Notes: generated from the sequence alone by a model not told the origin. 64,000 nt of DNA from Prevotella sp. CAG:279 (GCA_963633085.1 CAVGWX010000001.1:425-64424), one strand, 5' to 3'; shown: positions 9,479 to 19,339, numbered from the stretch's first letter. Program-made: numbers and translations.

Positions 9479-10644
9479 GCGCGCATCTGGTACTTCTCCA
9501 GCACCATCGGCGCGGCGATGTGCACCATGATCTGGTCGGTGCCTTCCGCGATCTGAAAACCGCGGCAATCTTCCCAAATGGAAGCCACGCGCTGCGAGCA
9601 CGTGTACCCGCGCCCGCCCATGATCTGCATCGCATCGGATGCGACCTCGGTCGCGGTTTTGGGGACGTAGCGCTTGGCCAGGGCGACGGCGAGGCGAACC
9701 TCGTGCTCCGGCAGGCCCTCGTCGAGCATCCAGGCCGCACGGTACACCGAAGCGCGCATGTTCTGCAGCTTCAGCTCCATATCCACGATCATCTCCTGCA
9801 CCAGCTGGAAATCGGTGATGGGCTTGCCGAACGACTCCCGCGTCCCGGCGAACGCGATGGCGTCCTCCATGGCCCCCTGCGCGAGCCCCAGCGACGTGGC
9901 GCACGCGAACAAGCGGCCGATCTGGAAGAATTTGAACAGCTGAGGCCATCCGGAGCTCTTCCCGTGCAAGCGCCAGCTCTCATCGAGCCTGACGTCGTTG
10001 AACACCACCGTGGAAAACGGCAGCATGGACTGCCCCACCTTCTGGATGGGATAGACCTCGACCCCCGGCGTGTCGTGCGGGACGAACCAAAACGACAGCT
10101 CGGGGTGCTTTCCCGCGGGCTTGTCGGCATCGATGGCGGCAACCAGGAGAAACGGCGCGTATTCGCCGTTGTTCACGAACACCTTCGTGCCCTGAAGGAA
10201 CAGCTGCCCGCCTTTCGTGCCGACGGACGACTCCATGCTCATGAGGTCGGAACCCGACTGGGGTTCCGATATGGCGAGCGCGAACGCCAGGCGGCCTTCG
10301 CTCTGATAGTTCTCGCGCATGGACTTCGATTCTCCCCCGCCGGCGAATTCCTCGAGGATCTGCAGGTTCAGAAAATCGTTCATGAGCGGAAGCGACGACC
10401 CGCTTGCGCGGGCAAGCTCTTCAAGCACGAGCACCTGCGCCATGATGTCGTACGTTTCGTGGTTGCGACGGTGGATGACGCCGAACCCGTTGAAATCGAT
10501 GTTGACGAAATCGCGGACCACCTCGTCGGGCAAGCCCTCGTCGCTTCTCCACTGGGTTACGTTGTCGAAAGAGAAATGCTGCTCGGCAAACGCGCGCACC
10601 GCGGCAACAAGCGTACGGTAGTCGTCCGTCAAACCGAAATCCAT
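9475..10644 (-). CDS. Acyl-CoA dehydrogenase family protein
   Basis: MDFGLTDDY start; SEPQSGSD, RESFGKPI, IAEGTDQIM. Confidence 0.88.
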   Translation of the reverse strand: MDFGLTDDYRTLVAAVRAFAEQHFSFDNVTQWRSDEGLPDEVVRDFVNIDFNGFGVIHRRNHETYDIMAQVLVLEELARASGSSLPLMNDFLNLQILEEFAGGGESKSMRENYQSEGRLAFALAISEPQSGSDLMSMESSVGTKGGQLFLQGTKVFVNNGEYAPFLLVAAIDADKPAGKHPELSFWFVPHDTPGVEVYPIQKVGQSMLPFSTVVFNDVRLDESWRLHGKSSGWPQLFKFFQIGRLFACATSLGLAQGAMEDAIAFAGTRESFGKPITDFQLVQEMIVDMELKLQNMRASVYRAAWMLDEGLPEHEVRLAVALAKRYVPKTATEVASDAMQIMGGRGYTCSQRVASIWEDCRGFQIAEGTDQIMVHIAAPMVLEKYQMRA

Positions 10645-10800
10645 GTACCCAACTCCCTTCCAGAGAAGCTGAACAAACGAGATGAAGATCAAGGCAAACC
10701 GCTCATAATTTTACACAGCTTGCGCACTATGGGTATATTTTGCGCAGGAAATACCGCCTCCGCAACCAACAAAGCCGCCAAACCGTTTATCGCCGCGATG

Positions 10801-10876
10801 CATTCGCACCTTTTATGAATGCGAAAAGTTTCATAGCATTGACGAATTGGAAATGCCCCCAACCGAAGCGCACAAT
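10801..10876 (+). promoter_or_regulatory. Putative LysR boxes plus promoter of the CoA transferase gene
   Basis: CATT-N9-TATG at 10801; second CATA-N9-AATT at 10832; TTGGAA(10847)-N18-CACAAT(10871). Confidence 0.55.
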
Positions 10877-10983
10877 ATCTACAAGGACCAAACCCCAAGG
10901 GAAACGCCTTCCCAAGGAAATTGGCCGAACGCTTCGGGAGTAAAAGAGCGATGCCCGGGCAACCGGGTACCAAGGAGGTAGCG

Positions 10984-12222
10984 ATGTTACCATTGCAAGG
11001 CGTTAAAGTCGTTGATCTGACCACGTTTCTGGCCACGCCGACCACCGGTCGCGTGCTCGGCGAGTGGGGCGCCGACGTCATCAAGGTTGAGGCCGCCAAG
11101 GGCGATCCCGGCCGCGTGAACCAGGCTGCCGTGTTCGGCATGCCCTCCAGCGACGACGAGAACCTCGGCTTCGACATGTCCAACATGCACAAGCGTTTCA
11201 TCTCGCTGAACCTGAAGTCCGAGAAGGGTCTCGAGGTCATGCACAAGCTGCTGGCCGACGCCGACATCTTCATCACCAACAACCGCGCCAAGTCCCTCAA
11301 GAAGATGGGCTTGGACTGGGATAGCCTGCATGCCAAGTACCCCCGCCTGATCATGGGCCACGGCCTGGGCTATGGCAAGAAGGGTCCGGAAAAGGACGCT
11401 GCCGGCTTCGACGTGACCTGCTACATGGGCCGCGGCGGCGTTTTCGGCACCACCGTCAACAAGGGCGACGCCCCGATGATCCCGACCAACGGCTACGGCG
11501 ACTTCCAGTGCTCGCTGTTCCTGGCTGCCGGCATCCTGGCCGCCTACGTTGGCCGCGAGACCTCCGGCGAGGGCGATTACGTCACCTGCGCGCTGCAGCA
11601 CGCCGGCATCTACGCCCTGTCTACCGGCATGGTTTCCGCTCAGTACGGCAACCCCTACCCGAAGAGCCGTCTGGAAGTCAACAACCCGCTCAACAACGTC
11701 TTCCGCTCCAAGGATGACAAGTGGGTCGTGCTGTGCCTGCCCGAGTACGACCGCGATTGGCCGCGCGTCATGAAGCTGATCGGCCGCGAGGAGCTCGCCG
11801 AGCACCCCGACTACAGCGTGTGCACCACCGTCAACGCCAAGGGCCTTGCCCCCGAGGTCACCAAGATCCTCGACGACGGCTTCGCGCAGTTCACCCTTGA
11901 CGAGCTGCTGAAGATGTTCAAGGAAAACGACATGCCCTGCGAGCCGGCTCAGACGCCGCTGGACATCTACGAGGACGAGAACGCCCTGGTCAACGGCTAC
12001 ATCGAGCAGGTGCCCTACCCCAACGGCGGCAAGTGGTGCCCGACCGCCCCGGTTCAGTTCGAGCTCGAAGAGGTTCGCCCGCTCAAGCCGACCGGCAAGC
12101 TCGGCAGCGACACCGAGGCCGTCATGAAGGAACTCGGCTACACCGAAGAGGAGTTCAAGGCTGCCGAGGCCGACGGCTCCGTGTCCGGCCCGATCGATCT
12201 GGCTGTGCTGCAGGGCAAGTAA
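10984..12222 (+). CDS. Family III CoA transferase (CaiB/BaiF; FldA/HadA-like)
   Basis: PLQGVKVVDL, GADVIKVE..GDPGR, GYGKKGP..AAGFD, YGDF; AAGGAGGT RBS. Confidence 0.92.
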   Translation: MLPLQGVKVVDLTTFLATPTTGRVLGEWGADVIKVEAAKGDPGRVNQAAVFGMPSSDDENLGFDMSNMHKRFISLNLKSEKGLEVMHKLLADADIFITNNRAKSLKKMGLDWDSLHAKYPRLIMGHGLGYGKKGPEKDAAGFDVTCYMGRGGVFGTTVNKGDAPMIPTNGYGDFQCSLFLAAGILAAYVGRETSGEGDYVTCALQHAGIYALSTGMVSAQYGNPYPKSRLEVNNPLNNVFRSKDDKWVVLCLPEYDRDWPRVMKLIGREELAEHPDYSVCTTVNAKGLAPEVTKILDDGFAQFTLDELLKMFKENDMPCEPAQTPLDIYEDENALVNGYIEQVPYPNGGKWCPTAPVQFELEEVRPLKPTGKLGSDTEAVMKELGYTEEEFKAAEADGSVSGPIDLAVLQGK

Positions 12223-12267
12223 GCTCGCAGGCAAAACCGGAACCTGGCCTGGCAAAGTCAAGGCTCA

Positions 12268-12303
12268 AAAGAACCCCTGGTCTGCTTTGACCAGGGGTTC
12301 TTT
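12268..12303 (+). terminator. Rho-independent terminator
   Basis: AAAGAACCCCTGGTC/GACCAGGGGTTCTTT. Confidence 0.8.
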
Positions 12304-12340
12304 CTGTTTATAAGGCAGTATTCATCCCCTTTGGCGCACC

Positions 12341-12417
12341 TATTGGTTTTCCCTATGATTGCAACCCAATTTCCAATACGCGGCGAATTGGAAATTGGGT
12401 ATCGAGCATCACATAAT
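12341..12417 (+). promoter_or_regulatory. Putative LysR boxes plus promoter of the third acyl-CoA dehydrogenase
   Basis: TATT-N9-TATG at 12341; 14-bp perfect inverted repeat ACCCAATTTCCAAT-N9-ATTGGAAATTGGGT (12364-12400) over the -35; TTGGAA(12388)-N18-CATAAT(12412). Confidence 0.6.
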
Positions 12418-12471
12418 AGAAACAACAAAGCTGTTGGGGCTTTGGGTACACAAACGTTGAGGAGGTTTTCG

Positions 12472-13668
12472 ATGAATCCGAACGCCAAGATCACCGACGA
12501 GCAGTTTGAGGCTTACCTCAAGCAGGTTCGCGAACTGGTCGAAGGTCCTTTCGAGGAGATCCAGAAGGAAGTTGAGGTGACCAACACCTTCCCGCAGGAG
12601 TTCTACGATCTGGCCATCAAGAACGATCTGTATCGTTTCTACATGCCCTCTCAGTACGGTGGATGGGACCTGAACGAGCTCGAGATCCTGCGTGTGCAGG
12701 AAGAGTTCTCCCGTGGCCCGGGCGGCATGCGTATGCACCTGCATCACGCCGCTGACATGAACTGGCGCATCCTTGATGACTACGGTAAACCGGAGCTCAA
12801 GGAAAAGTACATGGACAAGTTCCAGGACAAGACCATCTACTGCAACTTCGCCATCACCGAGAAGACCGGCGGCACCGGTGCTGACCTGCACACCACCGCC
12901 ATCAAGCAGCCGAACGGTCACTACCTGCTGAACGGCGAGAAGTGGCTCATCTCCCACACCGACTGCTCCGACTTCACCTACGTCATCGCTGTGACCGACC
13001 CCGAGTCCGACAAGGATTCCCGTCTGTCCGCCTTCTTCGTGCCGAACGACGCTCCGGGCTTCGAGATCGTCGAGATGTCCCACATGATGGGCTGCCGCGG
13101 CGCTGGCCATGCTGGCCTGAAGTTCACCAACGTGGACCTCGACCCCATCTACCTGCTCGGCGAAGAGGGCCAGGGCATGGAAGTTGCTATCCACTCCCTG
13201 TCCGTGTCCCGCGTGCACATCGCCATGTCCAACCTGGGCATGTCTCAGCGCATGCTGGAGCTGTCCCTCAAGCGCGCCAACCAGCGCATCACCTTCGGTA
13301 AGCCGATCGCTTCCCGCCAGATGATCAAGCAGAAGATCGCTGAGATGCAGAAGATGATCCATGTCCTGCGTTGCGCCATCTACGACTTCGCTCGTGACTA
13401 CGATCTGGATCCGAAGAACGAGTACATCACCGAGAAGGCTGCTATCTGCAAGCTGTTCTCCATCGACACCGTCAAGCTGGTGTCCGACGAGATGCTCGAG
13501 ATCTTCGGTGGCGACGGCTACTTCGAGGACGAGCCGCTGGGCCCGACCGAGCGTCTGTACCGCGACTGCCGCGCTATGTGGCTGGAGGAAGGCGCTCCCT
13601 GCGTGCAGCGCATCACCATTGCTCGCGAGTGCCAGAACCACAACGGCGTTGTCAAGTACAACTTCTAA
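12472..13668 (+). CDS. Acyl-CoA dehydrogenase
   Basis: FAITEKTGGTGAD, NGEKWLIS, RITFGKPI, LEEG; GAGGAGG RBS. Confidence 0.9.
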   Translation: MNPNAKITDEQFEAYLKQVRELVEGPFEEIQKEVEVTNTFPQEFYDLAIKNDLYRFYMPSQYGGWDLNELEILRVQEEFSRGPGGMRMHLHHAADMNWRILDDYGKPELKEKYMDKFQDKTIYCNFAITEKTGGTGADLHTTAIKQPNGHYLLNGEKWLISHTDCSDFTYVIAVTDPESDKDSRLSAFFVPNDAPGFEIVEMSHMMGCRGAGHAGLKFTNVDLDPIYLLGEEGQGMEVAIHSLSVSRVHIAMSNLGMSQRMLELSLKRANQRITFGKPIASRQMIKQKIAEMQKMIHVLRCAIYDFARDYDLDPKNEYITEKAAICKLFSIDTVKLVSDEMLEIFGGDGYFEDEPLGPTERLYRDCRAMWLEEGAPCVQRITIARECQNHNGVVKYNF

Positions 13669-13718
13669 GTCGTACTTATCGCCCAGTCTGCGTCAAGCAG
13701 CATAGCGATTCCGATCGC

Positions 13719-13752
13719 AAAAGGAGCCAATCTTATGGTTGGCTCCTTTTTT
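13719..13752 (+). terminator. Rho-independent terminator
   Basis: AAAAGGAGCCAA/TTGGCTCCTTTTTT. Confidence 0.85.
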
Positions 13753-13835
13753 GTATGCACAAACCATGATGAAACCGCTACACTGTTCTGATAGCGTCCC
13801 AGAAATATGGGTAGTTGCTTGTCGTGGAGGTGTGC

Positions 13836-14822
13836 ATGAATCTGCCGCAGTTGTACTATTTCAAAAAGCTCGCTGAAGTACAGCACTACACCAAGGCAGC
13901 CAAGGAACTCTACATCACGCAGCCGACGCTTTCCAACTCCATTTCGCAACTGGAACGCGAACTGGAAATCCCCCTCTTCGAACGCGAGAACCGCAACGTG
14001 AAGCTCACCCGATACGGGCGAGAGTTCTACCAGTACATCACCGAGGCGCTCAACGCGCTCGACAAGGGCATCGACATCGCCCACGAGCATGCGGGCTCGC
14101 TGTCGGGCAGCATCGAGATCGGCACCATCTACACCATTCAGGGGGACTATCTACCAGCACTGATGTCGGCTTACCGCCAGGAATACGGCACGAGCATCAC
14201 CACGAACATCTACCAGGGCCTCACCCTGCCCCTTATCGAGGATTTGGAGAAAGATCGCTACGAAGTCGTTTTCGCCGCGGAGGTGAAGGGCAAAAGCGAC
14301 CTCACCTTTATCCCCGTGTTCTGCCAGCAGCTGGTGGCCATCATGTCGAACGAGCACCCGTTGGCGCAAAAGCCCGAGCTGACCTTCGAGGATCTTCAAT
14401 CGGTCAACCGGCTCTACTCCTACCCTCCCGAAACGCCTATCGGATCAGAGGTGCAGGCCACCTTGAAACCGGAGGGCATGACGACCGTCGCCCCGTTCTA
14501 CAACGACGAGATCACGCTTGCGAGCATGGTCGAGTCGGACCGCACGTCCGTCGGCCTTGCCTTGAACACGATCGGCTTGCTTCCGTTCAAAGACAAGATC
14601 GTCAGCAAGCGCGTACACGGCATCAAAGACGAGTTCCACCCTATTTGCATGGTGTACAAGACGAGCGCCTTCAAATCGCGTGCACTCGAGAATTTCATCA
14701 GCTTCGCGAAGACGTTCTCATGGAACAAGTCCCCTCGCCATGCGGACACGCCGAAGAGCAGCGACGACTCCAAGGAGCCGGACCCACAAAGCCCCGACCG
14801 AAACGCTTCGCAAGTAGCATAA
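13836..14822 (+). CDS. LysR family transcriptional regulator
   Basis: MNLPQLYYF..HYTKAAKELYITQPTLSNSISQLE..LFER; GGAGG RBS. Confidence 0.95.
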   Translation: MNLPQLYYFKKLAEVQHYTKAAKELYITQPTLSNSISQLERELEIPLFERENRNVKLTRYGREFYQYITEALNALDKGIDIAHEHAGSLSGSIEIGTIYTIQGDYLPALMSAYRQEYGTSITTNIYQGLTLPLIEDLEKDRYEVVFAAEVKGKSDLTFIPVFCQQLVAIMSNEHPLAQKPELTFEDLQSVNRLYSYPPETPIGSEVQATLKPEGMTTVAPFYNDEITLASMVESDRTSVGLALNTIGLLPFKDKIVSKRVHGIKDEFHPICMVYKTSAFKSRALENFISFAKTFSWNKSPRHADTPKSSDDSKEPDPQSPDRNASQVA

Positions 14823-14853
14823 GGCCAAGGCGCGCATCCGCCGATGAATGTTC

Positions 14854-14946
14854 CATTTCCCGTTTCAATGATTGGCATGCATACCATTGAAACGGGCGCG
14901 AATACCACTCGTTTGCATGGACAACCGCGCTTTTGAGGACGAAAAT
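14854..14946 (+). promoter_or_regulatory. Putative LysR box, inverted repeat and promoter of the shikimate dehydrogenase gene
   Basis: CATT-N9-AATG at 14854; 12-bp inverted repeat CCCGTTTCAATG/CATTGAAACGGG (14859-14896); ATGGAC(14917)-N18-GAAAAT(14941). Confidence 0.45.
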
Positions 14947-14979
14947 AGAGCATATCCGTTCTCATGATTGGAGAGTGCC

Positions 14980-15855
14980 ATGGCAGACATGAAGGAACTT
15001 CCGAACATCACCGGCCACACCGAGCTTGTGGGCCTGGTGGCCACCCCTATCAGGCATTCGCTTTCGCCGGCGATGCATACGGCTTCTTTCGCGCACATGG
15101 GCGAAGACATCGTCTACCTGTGCTTCGACGTTGCCCCCGAGCAGCTTGAGGCGGCCTGCGCGGGCATGCGCGCGATGGGCTTTCTGGGCTACAACGTCTC
15201 CATGCCGAACAAGACCATCATCCATCAGTATCTCGACGAGCTGACCCCTGCAGCCGAGCTCATGGGCGCGGTGAACTGCGTCGATCTGCATACGGGCAAG
15301 GCCGTTGGCCACAACACCGACGGCGCCGGCTTCTGGCGCAACGTCACTGAGCACGGCATCGACCCGAAGGGCAAGAAGATCACCCTTGCCGGTGCCGGCG
15401 GAGCGGGTTCCGCCATCTTCACCCAGGCGGCCCTCGACGGTGTCGCCGAGATCGATGTCTTCAACATCAAGGACGATTTCTTCGCAACGGCCGAGGAGCG
15501 CTGCCGCGTGCTTTCCGAGCGCACCGGCGCGAAGGTGACCATGCACGACCTTGCCGATGTCGACGACCTGGCCAGAAGCGTCAAGGAATCCTTCATGTTC
15601 ATCAACGCTTCGCGCGTGGGCATGGCTCCCGACCTTGACGGCAACCTGCTGCCCGAGGATCTGATGCGCAGCGATCTGGTGGTCGCCGACACCGTCTACA
15701 ACCCGCTTGAGACGAAGATGATCACCCTTGCGAAGGAGCACGGCTGCACCGTCGTTCCCGGCCTGGGCATGATGATGTGGCAGGCCGCCATCGGCGAGGA
15801 GATCTGGACCGGCAAGCAGATGGACATCCCCTACATCGAAAGCCTGTTCTTCTAA
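14980..15855 (+). CDS. aroE: Shikimate/quinate dehydrogenase (AroE family, YdiB-like)
   Basis: HSLSPAMH, NVSMPNK, GAVN, GHNTDG, GAGGAG, VYNP; ITGHTELVGL N-terminus typical of the YdiB subgroup. Confidence 0.9.
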   Translation: MADMKELPNITGHTELVGLVATPIRHSLSPAMHTASFAHMGEDIVYLCFDVAPEQLEAACAGMRAMGFLGYNVSMPNKTIIHQYLDELTPAAELMGAVNCVDLHTGKAVGHNTDGAGFWRNVTEHGIDPKGKKITLAGAGGAGSAIFTQAALDGVAEIDVFNIKDDFFATAEERCRVLSERTGAKVTMHDLADVDDLARSVKESFMFINASRVGMAPDLDGNLLPEDLMRSDLVVADTVYNPLETKMITLAKEHGCTVVPGLGMMMWQAAIGEEIWTGKQMDIPYIESLFF

Positions 15856-15880
15856 GCCATAGATACCTTTCAGGTTTGCG

Positions 15881-15956
15881 AAAAGGCCGCACACGCAGCG
15901 CGGCCTTTTCGTTTCGCAGCAACAAAAAGGCCCGGAACGGTTGTTCCGGGCCTTTT
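15881..15956. terminator. Two tandem bidirectional terminators between convergent aroE and leuA
   Basis: AAAAGGCCGC/GCGGCCTTTT and AAAAGGCCCGGAAC/GTTCCGGGCCTTTT. Confidence 0.8.
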
Positions 15957-15972
15957 ACGGTAGCAGGGTTAC

Positions 15973-17505
15973 CTACTTGCGATGCTCCGCCTTGTCGCTC
16001 AGAAGGCGGTTCAGGGCGTTGAGGTACGCCTTCGTGGAGGAGACGATGATGTCGCCATCGGCGCCGCGGCCGGTGTACACCTCGCCGTCGGGGGCGGTCA
16101 CGCGGATGGTGACCTCGCCGAGCGCGTCGATGCCACGCGTGACCGACTGGACCGCGAACTCGGACAGGTCGTTGTCGACCTGCACGATCTTGTCAACGGC
16201 CTTGCACATGGCGTCGACCGGGCCGGTGCCCCAGTCGCACGCGGTGACAACCTGATCGGCAGCCGTGCGCAGCGTGACGGTGGCCGTCGGCTTGAGCGGG
16301 AAGCCGCAGGAGATCTGCACGGACTCGAGCGTGTAGAGAGCCGTTTCATGGCGCTGGTTCTCGTGCATGAGCGATTCGAGGTCGGAGTCGTAGACTTCCT
16401 TCTTCTTGTCGGCCAGGTCGAGGAACGCGTCGTACATCTTATCGAGCTTTTCCTTGTCGAGCTCGTAGCCGAGCTCTTCGAGGCGATGCTTCAGGGCCGC
16501 ATGGCCGCTGCGGGCGGTGAGCACGATCTGAGACTGACCGGCGCCGACCTCGGCCGGGTCGATGATCTCGTAGGTGTCGCGCTTCTTCAGCACGCCGTCC
16601 TGATGGATGCCGGAGGAATGGGCGAACGCGTTGGCGCCGACGATGGCCTTGTTCACCTGCACGTTGATGCCGGTGATGGAGGAAACCAGGCGGCTCGCCT
16701 TGATGAACTCGCGGGTGTTGACGTCGGTGTGGGCGTCGAGCTCCTCGCCGTGCATCTTGATGCCCATGACGACCTCTTCCATGGCCGTGTTGCCGGCACG
16801 CTCGCCCAGGCCGTTGATGGTGCACTCGACCTGCGTGGCGCCGTTCTGCACGCCCGCCAGGGACAGGGCCGTGGCCATGCCGAGGTCGTTGTGGCAGTGG
16901 ACGGATACGGTCGCGTTTTCGATGCCGCGGACGTTCTCCATGAGGTACCTGATGCGGCGGCCGAACTCCTCAGGCAGGCTGTAACCGGTGGTGTCGGGGA
17001 TGTTCACGACGGTGGCGCCGGCTTCGAGGACGGCCTGGATGACCTTGGCCAGAAACGCGTAGTCGGCGCGGCCGGCGTCCTCGGCGTAGAATTGAACGTC
17101 CTCGACGTAGGACTTCGCGTGCTTGACCGCCGCGACGGCGCGCTCGATGCACTGATCCTCGGTGATGCGCAGCTTGTCGTGCATATGCGAGGGGCTCACA
17201 CCGATGCCGGTGTGGATACGCGGGCGCTTGGCGTCCTTGAGCGCCTCGGCGGCGCGGTCGATGTCCTTGGCAACCGCGCGCGTGAGGCCGACGACGGTGG
17301 CATCGTCGCCAGCAAGCTCGGCAATGCGGCGAACGCTCTCGAAGTCGCCCGGAGAGGAAATGGGGAAACCGGCTTCGATGACGTCGACGTTAAGGCGTAG
17401 CAGCTGACGCGCGACAACGAGCTTCTCCTCAGTGTTCATGGATGCGCCCGGCGACTGCTCGCCGTCGCGCAGCGTCGTGTCGAAAATTGCGATCTTGCGC
17501 GTCAT
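15973..17505 (-). CDS. leuA: 2-isopropylmalate synthase
   Basis: [32 protein letters not shown]-terminal regulatory domain. Confidence 0.97.
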   Translation of the reverse strand: MTRKIAIFDTTLRDGEQSPGASMNTEEKLVVARQLLRLNVDVIEAGFPISSPGDFESVRRIAELAGDDATVVGLTRAVAKDIDRAAEALKDAKRPRIHTGIGVSPSHMHDKLRITEDQCIERAVAAVKHAKSYVEDVQFYAEDAGRADYAFLAKVIQAVLEAGATVVNIPDTTGYSLPEEFGRRIRYLMENVRGIENATVSVHCHNDLGMATALSLAGVQNGATQVECTINGLGERAGNTAMEEVVMGIKMHGEELDAHTDVNTREFIKASRLVSSITGINVQVNKAIVGANAFAHSSGIHQDGVLKKRDTYEIIDPAEVGAGQSQIVLTARSGHAALKHRLEELGYELDKEKLDKMYDAFLDLADKKKEVYDSDLESLMHENQRHETALYTLESVQISCGFPLKPTATVTLRTAADQVVTACDWGTGPVDAMCKAVDKIVQVDNDLSEFAVQSVTRGIDALGEVTIRVTAPDGEVYTGRGADGDIIVSSTKAYLNALNRLLSDKAEHRK

Positions 17506-17711
17506 GTCAGGTCCTTTCAGTTTCGTTTGCAAACCTAGGGAGATATTTTAGTACAGCAGGCGCGGGATGCACCCGAGGAATGCAGGGGTTTTTCCAGGTT
17601 GCGCACCGCACATCAGCTCAGTCGGTACCGCTAACCGAAAACAGCTTGGATGCAAGAAGGCGCCGCCGTCACCGGCGACGCCTTCTTGCAGGGAAACCGC
17701 TACGAATAAGC

Positions 17712-19292
17712 TTAGAGCTTCACGTGCCAGAGGTTCTTCAGGTCGTCTAGCTGGGCGCGCAGATCGTCCAGAACCGAGGGGGCGACATCCCCCTCGACGT
17801 TCATGTAGACGATGGCCTGCTGCTCGGCCGGGTTGTTCACGATCTGCATCGTGGTGATGTTGATGCCGGCGGCGCCGAGAATGGAGCCGATGGTGCCCAC
17901 GCGGCCCGGGCGGTCGACGTATTCAAAGATGAGCGCCTGCGGGCCCGGAGCGATATCGACGCTGTACCCGAGCAGGTTGATGAGGCGCACGTGCTGGTCC
18001 TCGCCCGAAAGCGTGCAGGCGATCTCGCGGCCGTCGGCGACGACGGAAACCGAGGAGGCGTAGGCGCCGGCGGAAGCATGGGCGCCGGTGTCCACGCGGA
18101 TGCCGTGGCGGCGCGCGACGGCCTCGGCGTTGACGGGCGTGACGGTGGCGAGATTCTTATACGACAGCAGGCCCTGCATGACGCCGGCGACGAGCACCGT
18201 CGGGTCGGCCGGCGCGGCCTTGCCGGCCGCGGTGAGCGACAGGCGGGTGGGCACTTCCCCGCCAAGCTGCGCGAGCATGCTGCCCATCATCTGGCAGGCA
18301 GGGACGTAGGGACCGACCGCGTCCATGACCTCGGGAGGCACCGGCGCCATGTTGAGCGCCGTGGGAACGATGCTCCCCTCAAGGCCGGCGGCGACGTATT
18401 CGGCGATCTGGATGCCCGCGCGGGCCTGGGCCTCTTTGGTGTAGGCGCCCAGATGCGGCGTGAGGATGGCGTTGCTGAACTCGTGCAGGGGGCTATCGGT
18501 AGCCGGCTCCTCTTCGAACACGTCGATGCCCACGGCGCCGATCTTGCCCGCCGCCACGAAGTCGGCGAGCGATTTCATGTTGTAGATGCCGCCGCGCGCC
18601 GCGTTGACCAGGATGACGCCGTCTTTCATGCAGGCGAACTGCTCGGGGCCGAACATGCCGATGGTCTCGGCGGTTTTCGGAAGGTGGACGGTGATGAAGT
18701 CGGCCTCGGGCAGGATTTCCTCCACGCGGTCGTACAGGGCGACGCCGAGCTGGTCGGCGCGCTCGGGGCTGCAATACGGATCGTAGCCGACCAAGCGCAT
18801 GCCGAAGGCGCGGGCGCGCTCGGCGACGAGCCCGCCGATGCGGCCCAGGCCGAAGATGGCGAGCGTCTTCTCGTAAAGCTCGGACCCGCAGAACTTGGCG
18901 CGCGACCATTCGTGGTCGTGCATGCTCGCGTTGGCCTGGCAGGTGTTGCGGGCGCAGGCGAGCATCAGGCACATCGTCTGCTCGGCGGCCGATACGATGT
19001 TGGAGGTGGGAGCGTTGCAGACGATGATGCCGGCCTCGGTCGCCGCATCAACGTCGACGTTGTCGATCCCCACGCCGGCGCGGCCGATGATGCGCAGGTT
19101 CTTCCCGGCGGCGATGACCTCGTCGGTCACGTGCGTCGCCGAGCGGACGATGAGCGCATCGTATGAGCCGATGACGTCTTTGAGCTCATCGGTGCTGAGC
19201 TTGAGCTTGACATCGACCTCCAAGCCCTTCTGCTGCAAGCGTTCGATGCCCGCCTCGGCGAGCTTTTCAGTGACGAGGACCTTGTTCGACAT
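17712..19292 (-). CDS. serA: D-3-phosphoglycerate dehydrogenase (long form with ACT domain)
   Basis: GRAGVGIDNVD, GLGRIG, NAARGG, TPHLGA, ACT DRPG. Confidence 0.95.
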   Translation of the reverse strand: MSNKVLVTEKLAEAGIERLQQKGLEVDVKLKLSTDELKDVIGSYDALIVRSATHVTDEVIAAGKNLRIIGRAGVGIDNVDVDAATEAGIIVCNAPTSNIVSAAEQTMCLMLACARNTCQANASMHDHEWSRAKFCGSELYEKTLAIFGLGRIGGLVAERARAFGMRLVGYDPYCSPERADQLGVALYDRVEEILPEADFITVHLPKTAETIGMFGPEQFACMKDGVILVNAARGGIYNMKSLADFVAAGKIGAVGIDVFEEEPATDSPLHEFSNAILTPHLGAYTKEAQARAGIQIAEYVAAGLEGSIVPTALNMAPVPPEVMDAVGPYVPACQMMGSMLAQLGGEVPTRLSLTAAGKAAPADPTVLVAGVMQGLLSYKNLATVTPVNAEAVARRHGIRVDTGAHASAGAYASSVSVVADGREIACTLSGEDQHVRLINLLGYSVDIAPGPQALIFEYVDRPGRVGTIGSILGAAGINITTMQIVNNPAEQQAIVYMNVEGDVAPSVLDDLRAQLDDLKNLWHVKL

Positions 19293-19339
19293 AGCGCGCT
19301 ACCACCCTTCGTGATTTCCGGAGATGTACCCATGATACG

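Noticed and set aside
17506..17711. Leu-rich attenuator upstream of leuA
   Set aside because: No leader peptide seen; only a long hairpin (17651-17690) after serA and a likely -10 (TAAAAT).
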